Below the pieces are notes generated by a model. It was not told the DNA's origin. It did no database searches and was given only the letters and a program-made list of their open reading frames with translations. Below, in pieces: positions 1 to 8,498 of a stretch of DNA of 62,606 bases. Source of the DNA: Parcubacteria group bacterium Greene0416_39 (GTDB lineage: Bacteria; Patescibacteriota; Minisyncoccia; Minisyncoccales; UBA10102); assembly GCA_007375675.1 (NCBI GenBank), contig VMEU01000004.1:1-62606 (forward strand), in the 5' to 3' direction. The first letter of the stretch is position 1. Every line of letters starts with the position of its first letter. The translations under genes and the position numbers were made by a program.

Positions 1-32
1 GAAGATAGAGCCACTCTTTAAGAGTTTTTGGT

Positions 33-521
33 ATGCGTAAGCCCATTCTTTTATTTGGTATTGCTCTTTCTGTTTTCTTTGTTCTTTCTCAAGAAGGGGA
101 TAGGTCATTCGACTCCCTCGGGACTGAGTCCTCGGGACGAACGTCTGAGAGTCTCAGACTCGAAGAGACACAGGACCATGTCCTACCTCAAAATCAAGCC
201 CTTCGACAAAACTTAGGGCAAGCTCTTTTAAATACTACTCTTGGCTTTCCTGATGCCAAGTATGAAGTCTTTGTTCCAGTAGGAAGCACGGTCTATGACC
301 TAATGGACAAGGCGAGTAAACAATACGGCTTTTCCTTTTCAGGGGAAAGCTTTCCAGGAATGGGATTTTTCGTGGAGGAAATCAAAGGGGTAAGACAAAA
401 CCCCGGAAAAGGCCTGTACTGGATTTACTACATCAATGGTGAGAAGTCCCAGGTCGGCGTATCAAGTTACATTCTTAAACCTTATGACGTTATTTCGTGG
501 AAGTATGGAGATGAGGAATAG
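33..521 (+). CDS. Secreted DUF4430-like protein
   Basis: ATG at 33 and a hydrophobic signal (MRKPILLFGIALSVFFVL). The C-terminal GLYWIYYINGEKSQVGVSSYILKPYDVISWKY resembles the DUF4430 fold. The linker at 100-220 is built from small hairpins. Confidence 0.7.
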   Translation: MRKPILLFGIALSVFFVLSQEGDRSFDSLGTESSGRTSESLRLEETQDHVLPQNQALRQNLGQALLNTTLGFPDAKYEVFVPVGSTVYDLMDKASKQYGFSFSGESFPGMGFFVEEIKGVRQNPGKGLYWIYYINGEKSQVGVSSYILKPYDVISWKYGDEE

Positions 522-2316
522 TGTTGTCTGCGCAGTCATTCTTGCTGCAGCAACAGGTTTGTTTGTGCTCCCGGGAGCGGCGAGGGCGGCCTTGAACACT
601 ACGTTGTATATCCAAGGGCCGGGGGGATCTATACTCGTGAATACCCCACTTGTTGTTCCAGAAAGCTGCACCGTGGAGGACAATGTCGGAGCAACACATA
701 ATTTTTCTGGACACCGCGCCCCTTGCGCGATTAAGGCAGCAAAAGACACAGGGCTCATTTCAGATTTTCTGTTTAAGGATTTTGGAGGACTTGGACTTTT
801 CTTAGACCGCGTGAACAGCATTGCGTCAGGTCCAGCTCCAGATTACCCGTACTGGAACTTGTGGCGCAACAGCGTGGTTTCTGAAGTCGGTATCAGCCAG
901 ATTACCCTTTCCAATGGCGACGCTTTTCAGCTCACGTATGGGCCCGATAAGACAGCAATCATCCAGGGAGGCAGTGTGACGCAGTCAGCAGGAGGGCCTG
1001 TGGTTACGGATGTATATCCAAGAAAGTTTGACGTGGAAAGCGCCGTATCTTTTTTGGTGGCAAGCCAACAACAGAATGGTTCTTTTGGCCATCCCCTCTT
1101 TACTGATTGGGCAGCGGTAGCTCTGGGTGCGTACAAAGGAAAGAGCGCAACAGCGAGCGCTGCAAAAGAAGAGCTTCGAGAATGGCTCGTAGCAAACTCA
1201 GTTCCAGAGGGCAGTGTGCTCACCGATTACGAGAGGCGGGCAATGGCATTGATGTCTTTAGGTATTGACCCATATTCTGGAACCAGCCAAAACATCATTG
1301 AAACTATTGTTGCCGGGTTTGACGGCCAGCAGTTTGGAAACCCTGGTTTGGTGAATGATGATATCTTTGCTGTTCTGGTTCTGCAAAAGGCAGGATATGA
1401 GGCAAACGTGACCCCCTTACTAGAAACCCTTCCTTTTATTCTTTCGTGGCAAAGGGAAAGCGGTTCCTTTGGAAGTGTTGACCTTACCGCAGCTGCGGTG
1501 CAGACATTGTCATTGTTTCCTGGAAGCGAACAGAGAAACAAAGCTCTATTGAAAGCTCGTGACTATCTTGCGGGGCAACAGGAAAGCACTGGCGGATTTG
1601 GGAATGTGTATTCTACAGCTTGGGTCTTGCAGGCGATTGCCTCGCTCAATGAAGATGGTGACGGTTGGGCAATGGAGGTTGATAAGAGAACCCCTGAGCA
1701 TTTCCTTGCGCTCCGCCAGGCATTAGATGGAGGATTGCTGCAGGCAGAATCAAAGGAGAATCGTATCTGGGCAACTTCCTATGCAATTCCTGCCGCGCTT
1801 CAAAAAGGGTGGGGCAAAGTGCTGGTTGCATTTCCAAGACCAGTGCTTGTGCAGGCACCAATAATTGCAAGCACTCATTTGGAGCAGGCAGCGGCGCAAG
1901 AACTACAGGTTCAGCTGGACGCCATTGCAGAGGAAGCTCGTTTGCTTACTCTGCAGGTTGTGAGCTTGGAGCTTCAGAAGGTGCGTACACAGGTTGCGCT
2001 GCTGGAGCCCCGCGTGCTTGTGTACCTTCGGGACATCTCCCGTATGGAGACATTTGCGGAGTCTGCAGATGCAAGAAACTTAGTTTCCAAGAACGAAGAA
2101 ACTAAGTTTCTCAGTACGCTGCAAGAGTCTCTTGTAACTGTGGAGCCTATTGTTGGATCAGAGTTTTCTGCAGGCATAGGGGGAGCAACAAAACAACTTC
2201 CCTGGCAAAATGTCCTTCCCTACGTTGTGGCTGGAGGAGTACTGGCCTTCTTGCTTTTTGGGAATCCCAAAGGCATACTCTCATTTTTACAGGGCCGCTT
2301 GAGTAAAGTAGGTTAG
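505..2316 (+). CDS. Surface prenyltransferase/squalene-cyclase-repeat (alpha-alpha toroid) protein with coiled coil and C-terminal TM anchor
   Basis: The internal ATG at 505 gives a signal peptide (MEMRNSVVCAVILAAATGLFVLPGAARA). Repeated QxxxG(S/G)FG motifs are present (QQQNGSFG, WQRESGSFG, GQQESTGGFG). The C-terminal helix LPYVVAGGVLAFLLF is hydrophobic. Confidence 0.65.
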   Translation: MEMRNSVVCAVILAAATGLFVLPGAARAALNTTLYIQGPGGSILVNTPLVVPESCTVEDNVGATHNFSGHRAPCAIKAAKDTGLISDFLFKDFGGLGLFLDRVNSIASGPAPDYPYWNLWRNSVVSEVGISQITLSNGDAFQLTYGPDKTAIIQGGSVTQSAGGPVVTDVYPRKFDVESAVSFLVASQQQNGSFGHPLFTDWAAVALGAYKGKSATASAAKEELREWLVANSVPEGSVLTDYERRAMALMSLGIDPYSGTSQNIIETIVAGFDGQQFGNPGLVNDDIFAVLVLQKAGYEANVTPLLETLPFILSWQRESGSFGSVDLTAAAVQTLSLFPGSEQRNKALLKARDYLAGQQESTGGFGNVYSTAWVLQAIASLNEDGDGWAMEVDKRTPEHFLALRQALDGGLLQAESKENRIWATSYAIPAALQKGWGKVLVAFPRPVLVQAPIIASTHLEQAAAQELQVQLDAIAEEARLLTLQVVSLELQKVRTQVALLEPRVLVYLRDISRMETFAESADARNLVSKNEETKFLSTLQESLVTVEPIVGSEFSAGIGGATKQLPWQNVLPYVVAGGVLAFLLFGNPKGILSFLQGRLSKVG

Positions 2317-2326
2317 GTTGTATAAT
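2299..2326 (+). promoter_or_regulatory. Promoter TTGAGT-16-TATAAT, 7 nt upstream of rpiB ATG
   Basis: Hexamers at 2299-2304 and 2321-2326. ATG at 2334. Confidence 0.45.
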
Positions 2327-2333
2327 CAGGAGA

Positions 2334-2771
2334 ATGATATATCTGGGAGCGGATCACGCAGGCTTTGGATTGAAAGAGGAGATAAAAAAATATCTCAAAG
2401 AGCAAAGGAAAGAGGTTGAGGACCTGGGCGTTTTTGAGTTGAATGCAGATGATGATTATCCCGACTTCATTGCTCCTGTTGCGAAAAAGGTTGCTGAAAA
2501 CCTAGAACAAAACAAAGGGATCGTGCTTGGGGGATCTGGGCAGGGCGAGGCGATTGTTGCAAACAAAGTAAAAGGAATCAGGGCAGCCGTGTATTATGGC
2601 GGGCCGCTTGAAATTGTAGAATTGTCACGTCAGCACAACAACGCAAACATTCTCTCGCTTGGAGCACGATTTCTTACTGCGGACCAGGCAAAAGAAGCGG
2701 CTCTTGCATTTCTTGAAACCGCTTTTGATGGAGGTCGCCACAAGAGAAGAATAGAAAAAATTGATCCATGA
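2334..2771 (+). CDS. rpiB: Ribose-5-phosphate isomerase B
   Basis: MIYLGADHAGFGLKEEIKKYL... and GSGQGEAIVANK match the RpiB/LacAB family. Length is 145 aa. Confidence 0.9.
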   Translation: MIYLGADHAGFGLKEEIKKYLKEQRKEVEDLGVFELNADDDYPDFIAPVAKKVAENLEQNKGIVLGGSGQGEAIVANKVKGIRAAVYYGGPLEIVELSRQHNNANILSLGARFLTADQAKEAALAFLETAFDGGRHKRRIEKIDP

Positions 2772-3439
2772 CACAAAAAGTTATTCCAGCAATTCTCACT
2801 TCAGATCCTGAAGATTTGAGAGCAAAACTCCAGCTTTTCAAAGCGGAGTCTGAATGGATGCACATTGATATTATGGACGGAAAATTTGTTTCCAACGTTT
2901 CGGTTTCAGTGCGAGACCTCCTCGCCCCAGAGGGGCGGGGAAAAGATTTTCGTTTGGAGATTCACCTCATGGTGCAAAATCCCCAAGCATATCTTAAAGA
3001 TTGTCTCGCTACGCGAGATCCCGCGAAGCGGGACAAAGACCGAGGAGTAGGACGCATAATTGTCCACCAAGAAGCCACTGGAGATATAAGAAAGGCGCTT
3101 CGGGAAATGAAGGCATATGGTTTGGAGGTAGGCATTGCTTTAAATCCTGCAACCCCTATTAATGTGCTTGCCCTGCACGCTAACGACGTTGCCTCTGTGC
3201 TTATCATGGGAGTGACTCCGGGGCTTCAAGGCCAAGAGTTTATGCCCTCGGTGCTTGAGAAAATCCCAGCTATCAAAAAAGATTTCCCTCACCTGCAAAT
3301 TGGGGTTGACGGGGGAGTGGGGGAAGAAAATATCTCCACCATTTTTCAAGCTGGAGCAGACTATGCGGTCGTGGGAAGCAAGATTTTTGCCACCCAAGAT
3401 CCCGTAGAAGCTTTCAAGAAATTGGAAGAAATGTTATGA
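2768..3439 (+). CDS. rpe: Ribulose-phosphate 3-epimerase
   Basis: Contains the HIDIMDGKFVSN, HLMV and GVDGGV motifs. Its start overlaps the rpiB stop. It carries the 30-nt double-hairpin insert at 3004-3033. Confidence 0.9.
   Translation: MTQKVIPAILTSDPEDLRAKLQLFKAESEWMHIDIMDGKFVSNVSVSVRDLLAPEGRGKDFRLEIHLMVQNPQAYLKDCLATRDPAKRDKDRGVGRIIVHQEATGDIRKALREMKAYGLEVGIALNPATPINVLALHANDVASVLIMGVTPGLQGQEFMPSVLEKIPAIKKDFPHLQIGVDGGVGEENISTIFQAGADYAVVGSKIFATQDPVEAFKKLEEML
3004..3033. repeat. 30-nt tandem double hairpin inside rpe
   Basis: TCTCGC-TAC-GCGAGA followed directly by TCCCGC-GAA-GCGGGA. Confidence 0.85.
3398..3415 (+). repeat. Direct repeat (rpe 3' end), left copy
   Basis: GATCCCGTAGAAGCTTTC, identical to 3899-3916. 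Confidence 0.9.
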
Positions 3440-3441
3440 TT

Positions 3442-3493
3442 ACAAAACAAAAAGCAAAGCACCCAACTAAGCAAGATTCGTCGTTGGGTGCTT
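3442..3493 (-). terminator. Terminator of the minus-strand small membrane protein gene
   Basis: AAGCACCCAAC-15 nt-GTTGGGTGCTT. On the minus strand it is followed by TGCTTTTTGTTTTG. Confidence 0.6.
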
Positions 3494-3515
3494 ACGGAAG
3501 GTTTGTTGTAAAAGA

Positions 3516-3815
3516 TTACCTTCCCTTACCTCTGTGTTTCCACGGTTTTGTGAGTACCATTGTAGCAACTACAAATAATACTGCACTTACCGCTAACAAT
3601 ACTACGGATTTTTGGACATCAGGGTTGATGGGGAGTTCTCTGACGCCACTGGGGCCCGTTCGGAATCTGTCGTAATCGTTACCGATCATTGAGTAGATGC
3701 CCCAGATGAAGCCCGCGAGCACGCCTAGGCCGGCGATACTCATTACGCCGCCGAGAAGTTTCTCACGACTCGTCCACTTGGTCCACTGAGTCCTCATGAT
3801 CTTTCTGATCCTCAT
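3516..3815 (-). CDS. Small two-helix membrane protein (hypothetical)
   Basis: Two hydrophobic segments. GGAGGG lies ~8 nt upstream of the ATG on the minus strand, and a terminator hairpin follows downstream. The gene lies inside the ~500-bp insertion. Confidence 0.55.
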   Translation of the reverse strand: MRIRKIMRTQWTKWTSREKLLGGVMSIAGLGVLAGFIWGIYSMIGNDYDRFRTGPSGVRELPINPDVQKSVVLLAVSAVLFVVATMVLTKPWKHRGKGR

Positions 3816-3898
3816 TTTTTACCCTCCTGAGATATCCTATAAAGATTATACACTATAATATAAAAATGTCAAGTACGCTGGAAAAAGCTTATACGATA

Positions 3899-3943
3899 GA
3901 TCCCGTAGAAGCTTTCTGCAAGCTTCAAGAGATGGTATCCTAA
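3899..3943 (+). other. Relic duplicate of the rpe 3' end (DPVEAFCKLQEMVS*)
   Basis: An 18-nt perfect repeat plus a diverged tail, compared with the live tail DPVEAFKKLEEML*. Its TAA lies 8 nt before the tkt ATG. Confidence 0.7.
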
Positions 3944-3951
3944 TTCAACAT

Positions 3952-4833
3952 ATGCAAAAGCAGTATTCTCTGAAAGAACTGGAGAAAAAGGCGAACGAGA
4001 TACGGCAAGATATTATTAAAATGCTTGTCGTAGCAGGGTCTGGGCACTCGGCAGGCCCTTTGGGCATGGCAGATATTTTTACTGCTTTGTACTTTAAGGT
4101 ATTGAGGCATGACCCCAAACGCCCTAATTGGAAAGAGAGGGATCGTCTTATTCTTTCCAACGGCCACATCTGCCCTGTTCGATATACGGCAATGGCGCAT
4201 GCAGGATATTTCTCGAAGAATTGGCTTTCAACCTTTCGTACAATTGGTTCAAAACTAGAAGGGCATCCCTCTTTTAAGAAAATTTCCGCTTTAGAGACTA
4301 CATCAGGCCCCCTGGGAGAAGGACTCTCGGAGGCGTGTGGCTTTGCGTTAGCTGCAAAAATAGACAAAGCAACCTACCACATTTGGTGCTTACTGTCTGA
4401 CGGGGAACATCAAGAAGGCATGACCTGGGAAGCAGCAATGCTTGCCAGCAAGTACCGACTGAACAATCTCACCTGTATTATTGATCGGAACAACATTCAG
4501 ATTGATGGGTATACGGAAGATATTATGCCTTTGGAACCCTTGCGTGAAAAGTACGAGGCATTCGGCTGGCATGTTATTGATATGAACGGCCACGACATTC
4601 AAGAAATTATCTCAACCTTAGAAGAAGCAAAGGCAGTTGCAGAAAAACCCGTATGCATTATTGCCCACACCATTCCAGGGAAAGGAGTTTCTTTCATGGA
4701 AAAGGATTACAAGTGGCACGGCGTTCCTCCGGGAACCGATATTCCAGGCGAACCTCCAAAGGCGGAACAGGCAAAGATTGCGTTGCGCGAACTCCGCACT
4801 TTGCAAGGGAAAATCGAGTCAGAGTTGGATTAA
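3952..4833 (+). CDS. tkt: Transketolase, N-terminal (TPP-binding) subunit
   Basis: GSGHSAGPLGMADI and LSDGEHQEG motifs. This is the N-terminal half of a split transketolase. Confidence 0.9.
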   Translation: MQKQYSLKELEKKANEIRQDIIKMLVVAGSGHSAGPLGMADIFTALYFKVLRHDPKRPNWKERDRLILSNGHICPVRYTAMAHAGYFSKNWLSTFRTIGSKLEGHPSFKKISALETTSGPLGEGLSEACGFALAAKIDKATYHIWCLLSDGEHQEGMTWEAAMLASKYRLNNLTCIIDRNNIQIDGYTEDIMPLEPLREKYEAFGWHVIDMNGHDIQEIISTLEEAKAVAEKPVCIIAHTIPGKGVSFMEKDYKWHGVPPGTDIPGEPPKAEQAKIALRELRTLQGKIESELD

Positions 4834-4858
4834 TCCTTAGCTCGGTTAAGGAAACAGT

Positions 4859-5833
4859 ATGAATTACTATTTTGCAAAACATTATCTAAACGAAACAAAA
4901 GTGGAATGGAAACCCATGCGCGACGGGGCTGGCATTGGCATGGCAGAATTGGGAGAAACCAAGAAAGATATGGTGGTGTTGGGAGCAGATACCACAGAGT
5001 CTTCAAGGGCTCATTATTTTGCCCAAAAATTTCCAGAGCGCTTCATCCAGGTTGGGGTAGCAGAGCAGAACATGATTGGCATTGCTGCGGGGCTTTCTTA
5101 TCAAGGCAAGGTTCCCTACGCGGTCACATACGCCGCCTTTCTAATAGGAAGACCGTGGGAACCCATACGAACCACCATTGCATACCCTGAACGGCACGTG
5201 GTGTTTGTGTCTTCTCATGCAGGGCTTGCCACAGGTCCTGACGGCCCTACCCACCAAATGACAGAAGATATTGCCATTACGAGGTGCCTGCCCGGATTTA
5301 CCGTGATTGCTCCTTGTGATTTTGAGCAGGCGAGAAAGGCAGTGAAAGCAGCATATTCTTTGAAGGGGCCGGTCTATATAAGGAACTGCAGAGAAAAAAC
5401 GCCCGTGTTCACTACCGACAAAACGCCTTTTGAAGTAGGCAAAGCGCAGATATTGCGTGAAGGTAAAGATGTTACCGTCATTGGCCATGGGTATATGGTG
5501 TACTGGCTTTTGCAGATTGCAGAAGAACTAAAAAAGAAAATCTCCATTGAAGTTATTAACCTGCACACCATAAAGCCGTTGGACGGCAAGACGATTCTGC
5601 AATCAACAAAGAAAACAAAAAGGGTGTTTTGTGCAGAAGACCACAATGTCATAGGCGGCATGGGCAGCGCAGTTGCAGAGTTTCTCTCTGAAACATATCC
5701 AGTCCCCATGAAACTCCACGGCGTCTATGATACTTTTGCAGAATCGGGCTCTGTGAAAGATCTCTGGAAAAAGTATGGCCTCGACAAAGAAGGAACAAAG
5801 AAAGTTCTTTTAGAATTTCTAAAAAAGGTATGA
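4859..5833 (+). CDS. tkt: Transketolase, C-terminal (pyrimidine-binding) subunit
   Basis: GVAEQNMIGIAAGL and GPTHQMTEDIA motifs. It follows the N-terminal half directly. Confidence 0.9.
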   Translation: MNYYFAKHYLNETKVEWKPMRDGAGIGMAELGETKKDMVVLGADTTESSRAHYFAQKFPERFIQVGVAEQNMIGIAAGLSYQGKVPYAVTYAAFLIGRPWEPIRTTIAYPERHVVFVSSHAGLATGPDGPTHQMTEDIAITRCLPGFTVIAPCDFEQARKAVKAAYSLKGPVYIRNCREKTPVFTTDKTPFEVGKAQILREGKDVTVIGHGYMVYWLLQIAEELKKKISIEVINLHTIKPLDGKTILQSTKKTKRVFCAEDHNVIGGMGSAVAEFLSETYPVPMKLHGVYDTFAESGSVKDLWKKYGLDKEGTKKVLLEFLKKV

Positions 5834-6837
5834 AACCAAAGTTTGATCTTATATCGGTGGGGGATACGCAGTATGACGTGTTTCTTGAATTGGAAGAGGA
5901 AACAAAGATTCTCCGTGATGAACAGGAGCAGAGAGACTACTTAGGATTGGTGTTTGCTGAGAAAATCCCGGTACAATCATATACTGCAGTTCCTGCGGTG
6001 GGGAACTCGGTCAACGTTGCGATTGGAGCCTCTCGTCTTGGCCTGAAGACTGCCCTCTATACTGTCTTGGGAGATGATCGCGTGGGGAAAGAGGAACTTG
6101 AGATCTTTAAAAAAGAAAAGGTTTCCACAGACTACATTGCGTGGGACAAAAAGCGCGGGAGCAATTTTTCTGCAGTGCTCAATTACAAAGGAGAAAGAAC
6201 CATTCTGGTGTTTCACGAACCAAGAGATTACAACCTTCCCAAGTTAGCTCCTGCAAGGTTTTTGTACTACAGCTCGCTTGCTAAAGATCACGAGAAGCTC
6301 CATACGCAAATTCCTTCATACATCAAAAAATCTGGAGCAAAGCTTGTGTTTAATCCAGGAAGCCATCAGTTAAAAGAAGGTCTTTCAGTTCTCCAGCCCA
6401 TTTTACAGGTGACCTCTGTATTTTTGGTAAACAAAGAAGAAGCGCAAGAGCTTCTTGGCACAACAGAACAGGATGTGAAAATACTTTTGGAGCTTTTATC
6501 CCGCTGCGCGGGATCCCGCGAAGCGGGACAAGGGCCTGAAATTGTGGTAATCACAGATGATGGCAAGGGATCCCATTGTTTTGACGGCACGAATTTCTAT
6601 CACTTGGATATTTTTCGCGTTCCAGTGAAAGAAATGACAGGAGCGGGAGACGCGTATTCTACTGGATTTGTGAGCGCCCTCGCATATGGAAATAACGTTA
6701 AAGAGGCAATGCGTTGGGGAGCAGTGAACGGAGCGTCTGTTATTCAAAAGATTGGCGCTCGAGAGGGTCTCTTGAGAAAAGACGAGATGGAAAAGATGCT
6801 GCAAGAAAATCCTGGGTTTCAGCCCATTATCATATAA
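5830..6837 (+). CDS. PfkB-family carbohydrate kinase
   Basis: Ribokinase-like layout with a C-terminal TGAGDAY motif. It carries the 30-nt double-hairpin insert at 6499-6528. Confidence 0.8.
   Translation: MKPKFDLISVGDTQYDVFLELEEETKILRDEQEQRDYLGLVFAEKIPVQSYTAVPAVGNSVNVAIGASRLGLKTALYTVLGDDRVGKEELEIFKKEKVSTDYIAWDKKRGSNFSAVLNYKGERTILVFHEPRDYNLPKLAPARFLYYSSLAKDHEKLHTQIPSYIKKSGAKLVFNPGSHQLKEGLSVLQPILQVTSVFLVNKEEAQELLGTTEQDVKILLELLSRCAGSREAGQGPEIVVITDDGKGSHCFDGTNFYHLDIFRVPVKEMTGAGDAYSTGFVSALAYGNNVKEAMRWGAVNGASVIQKIGAREGLLRKDEMEKMLQENPGFQPIII
6499..6528. repeat. 30-nt tandem double hairpin inside pfkB-family gene
   Basis: TCCCGC-TGC-GCGGGA followed directly by TCCCGC-GAA-GCGGGA. Confidence 0.85.
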
Positions 6838-6840
6838 TCC

Positions 6841-7737
6841 ATGCCAAAAGTTTTTGTTACGAAAAATATACCAGAAAAGGGGATTGAGCTTTTACAAAAA
6901 GCAGGATACGAGGTTGCGATAGGTTCCAACGCAAAGGGAGCTCACGCCGTGTTGTCTTTGCTTACCGATCATATTGACGCACGGTTCATGGACTCAATTG
7001 GTTCTCAACTGAAGGTAATCTCAAACATGGCTGCTGGTTTGGACAACGTTGATCTTGATGTGGCAAAAGAGCGTGGTGTTGCCGTGAGAAATACCCCCGA
7101 CGTGTTGACTGAATCGGTTGCAGAGCACGCCGCAGCTCTGATTTTAGGAACTACACGGCGTGTTGCCGAGGGCGATCGGTTTGTGAGAGCAGGAAAATTC
7201 AAGGGGTGGGATCCCGCACTGCTCTTAGGAATAGAATTGAATGGAAAGACACTTGGCATAGTGGGCCACGGACGAATCGGATGCCGCCTCGCAGGTATTA
7301 TGCAGAAAGGATTTGGGATGCGAGCGGTCTATTACGATACGGCGCGCGACTCTGTAAAAGAAGAAACATGCGGTATTACGTATGCTTCTTTTGAAGATCT
7401 GTTGAAAGATTCAGACGTGGTGAGTTTGCACGTGCCTTTATTGCCAGGAACTCGCCACCTCATAGGGGAGAAGGAGTTGCGGCTGATGAAGCCGACTGCG
7501 TATCTTGTCAACACGGCTCGTGGCGCAATAGTTGATGAAAAGGCATTGGTCAAGGCGCTCAAAGAGCAATGGATTGCAGGAGCCGCTCTTGATGTGTTTG
7601 AGAATGAACCCAAGCTTGCACCAGGGCTTGCAAAGCTCCAGAACGTGATTCTTACCCCTCACATTGCCTCTGCTACCAAAGAAACCAGAGAAAAAATGGC
7701 AGAGCTTGCCGCACAAAATATTATTGCCGTTTTGTAA
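6841..7737 (+). CDS. D-isomer-specific 2-hydroxyacid dehydrogenase (glyoxylate/hydroxypyruvate reductase-like)
   Basis: NAD-binding site GKTLGIVGHGRIGCRLA, plus NTARGAIVDE and TPHIASAT catalytic-region motifs. Confidence 0.85.
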   Translation: MPKVFVTKNIPEKGIELLQKAGYEVAIGSNAKGAHAVLSLLTDHIDARFMDSIGSQLKVISNMAAGLDNVDLDVAKERGVAVRNTPDVLTESVAEHAAALILGTTRRVAEGDRFVRAGKFKGWDPALLLGIELNGKTLGIVGHGRIGCRLAGIMQKGFGMRAVYYDTARDSVKEETCGITYASFEDLLKDSDVVSLHVPLLPGTRHLIGEKELRLMKPTAYLVNTARGAIVDEKALVKALKEQWIAGAALDVFENEPKLAPGLAKLQNVILTPHIASATKETREKMAELAAQNIIAVL

Positions 7738-7743
7738 ATTTGT

Positions 7744-8121
7744 ATGGCAAAAACAAGCATACACATTCAAAAAGATTTTAATAAACCTTGGGGAGGGTAT
7801 TTAAAGTTTATCGAAAATGCGCCGTGCACGGTGAAAATCATTGTTGTAAAAAAGGACGCAGCGCTTTCTTTGCAGACTCATAAACTGCGAGCCGAGTTTT
7901 GGTATGTAATTTCAGGAAAGGTAGTAGCTACCATTGGCAAAGATAAAAAGCATCTAAAGAAAAGCGTGTTAAATCCAGGAGACACGATTAAATCTCCAGT
8001 AGGTTTTCTTCATCGTATAGAGGGGATTCAAGCTTCCAAAGTTCTTGAAATTTCTTTGGGAACTTTCAGAGAAAACGATATTGTGCGCCACGAAGACAAG
8101 TACGGGCGAGCACCAAAATAG
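7744..8121 (+). CDS. Cupin, type II phosphomannose isomerase C-terminal domain-like
   Basis: KPWGGY...SLQTHKLRAEFWYVISG...ENDIVRHEDKYGR matches the ManC-type cupin pattern. Confidence 0.75.
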   Translation: MAKTSIHIQKDFNKPWGGYLKFIENAPCTVKIIVVKKDAALSLQTHKLRAEFWYVISGKVVATIGKDKKHLKKSVLNPGDTIKSPVGFLHRIEGIQASKVLEISLGTFRENDIVRHEDKYGRAPK

Positions 8122-8233
8122 AAAGGTGAAAAGGAAGGTGTGGAGAACTTCTCTTTGCAAGCGTGTTTGCTCAACGTATAATACATAGAACAAGGTTGAA
8201 GAATAATTATCCATATAATTCGTATTATATAAT

Positions 8234-8497
8234 ATGAACCAATCAAAGCTCGTGTTTGCGCTTATTGCGCTTGTGGTAGGCTTGGCCGCAGGATTTTTCT
8301 ACGGCAACAGTGCAGGAGTGAAAAAAGGCGTAGCGCAAGAAAAAGCTGCGCAAGAGGCAAGCAAAGAGGCAAGCGAAAAAGCAGCAGAAGAAGAAGCGGC
8401 AAAGGCTGTCAATCCTTTCGAACAGACCACCACCAATCCTTTTGAAAAGTCTCCGGCCAATCCGTTTGAAAACGTGAATCTCAATCCTTTTAAGTAA
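8234..8497 (+). CDS. Membrane-anchored small protein with 4x NPF repeats
   Basis: N-terminal TM helix (LVFALIALVVGLAAGFFY), an acidic/Ala-rich linker, and a C-terminal NPFEQTTTNPFEKSPANPFENVNLNPFK. Confidence 0.5.
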   Translation: MNQSKLVFALIALVVGLAAGFFYGNSAGVKKGVAQEKAAQEASKEASEKAAEEEAAKAVNPFEQTTTNPFEKSPANPFENVNLNPFK

Positions 8498-8498
8498 C

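Noticed and set aside
3436-3675. 79-aa + strand ORF following rpe.
   Set aside because: It overlaps the better-supported minus-strand membrane protein gene and its terminator. It has no SD and no motifs.
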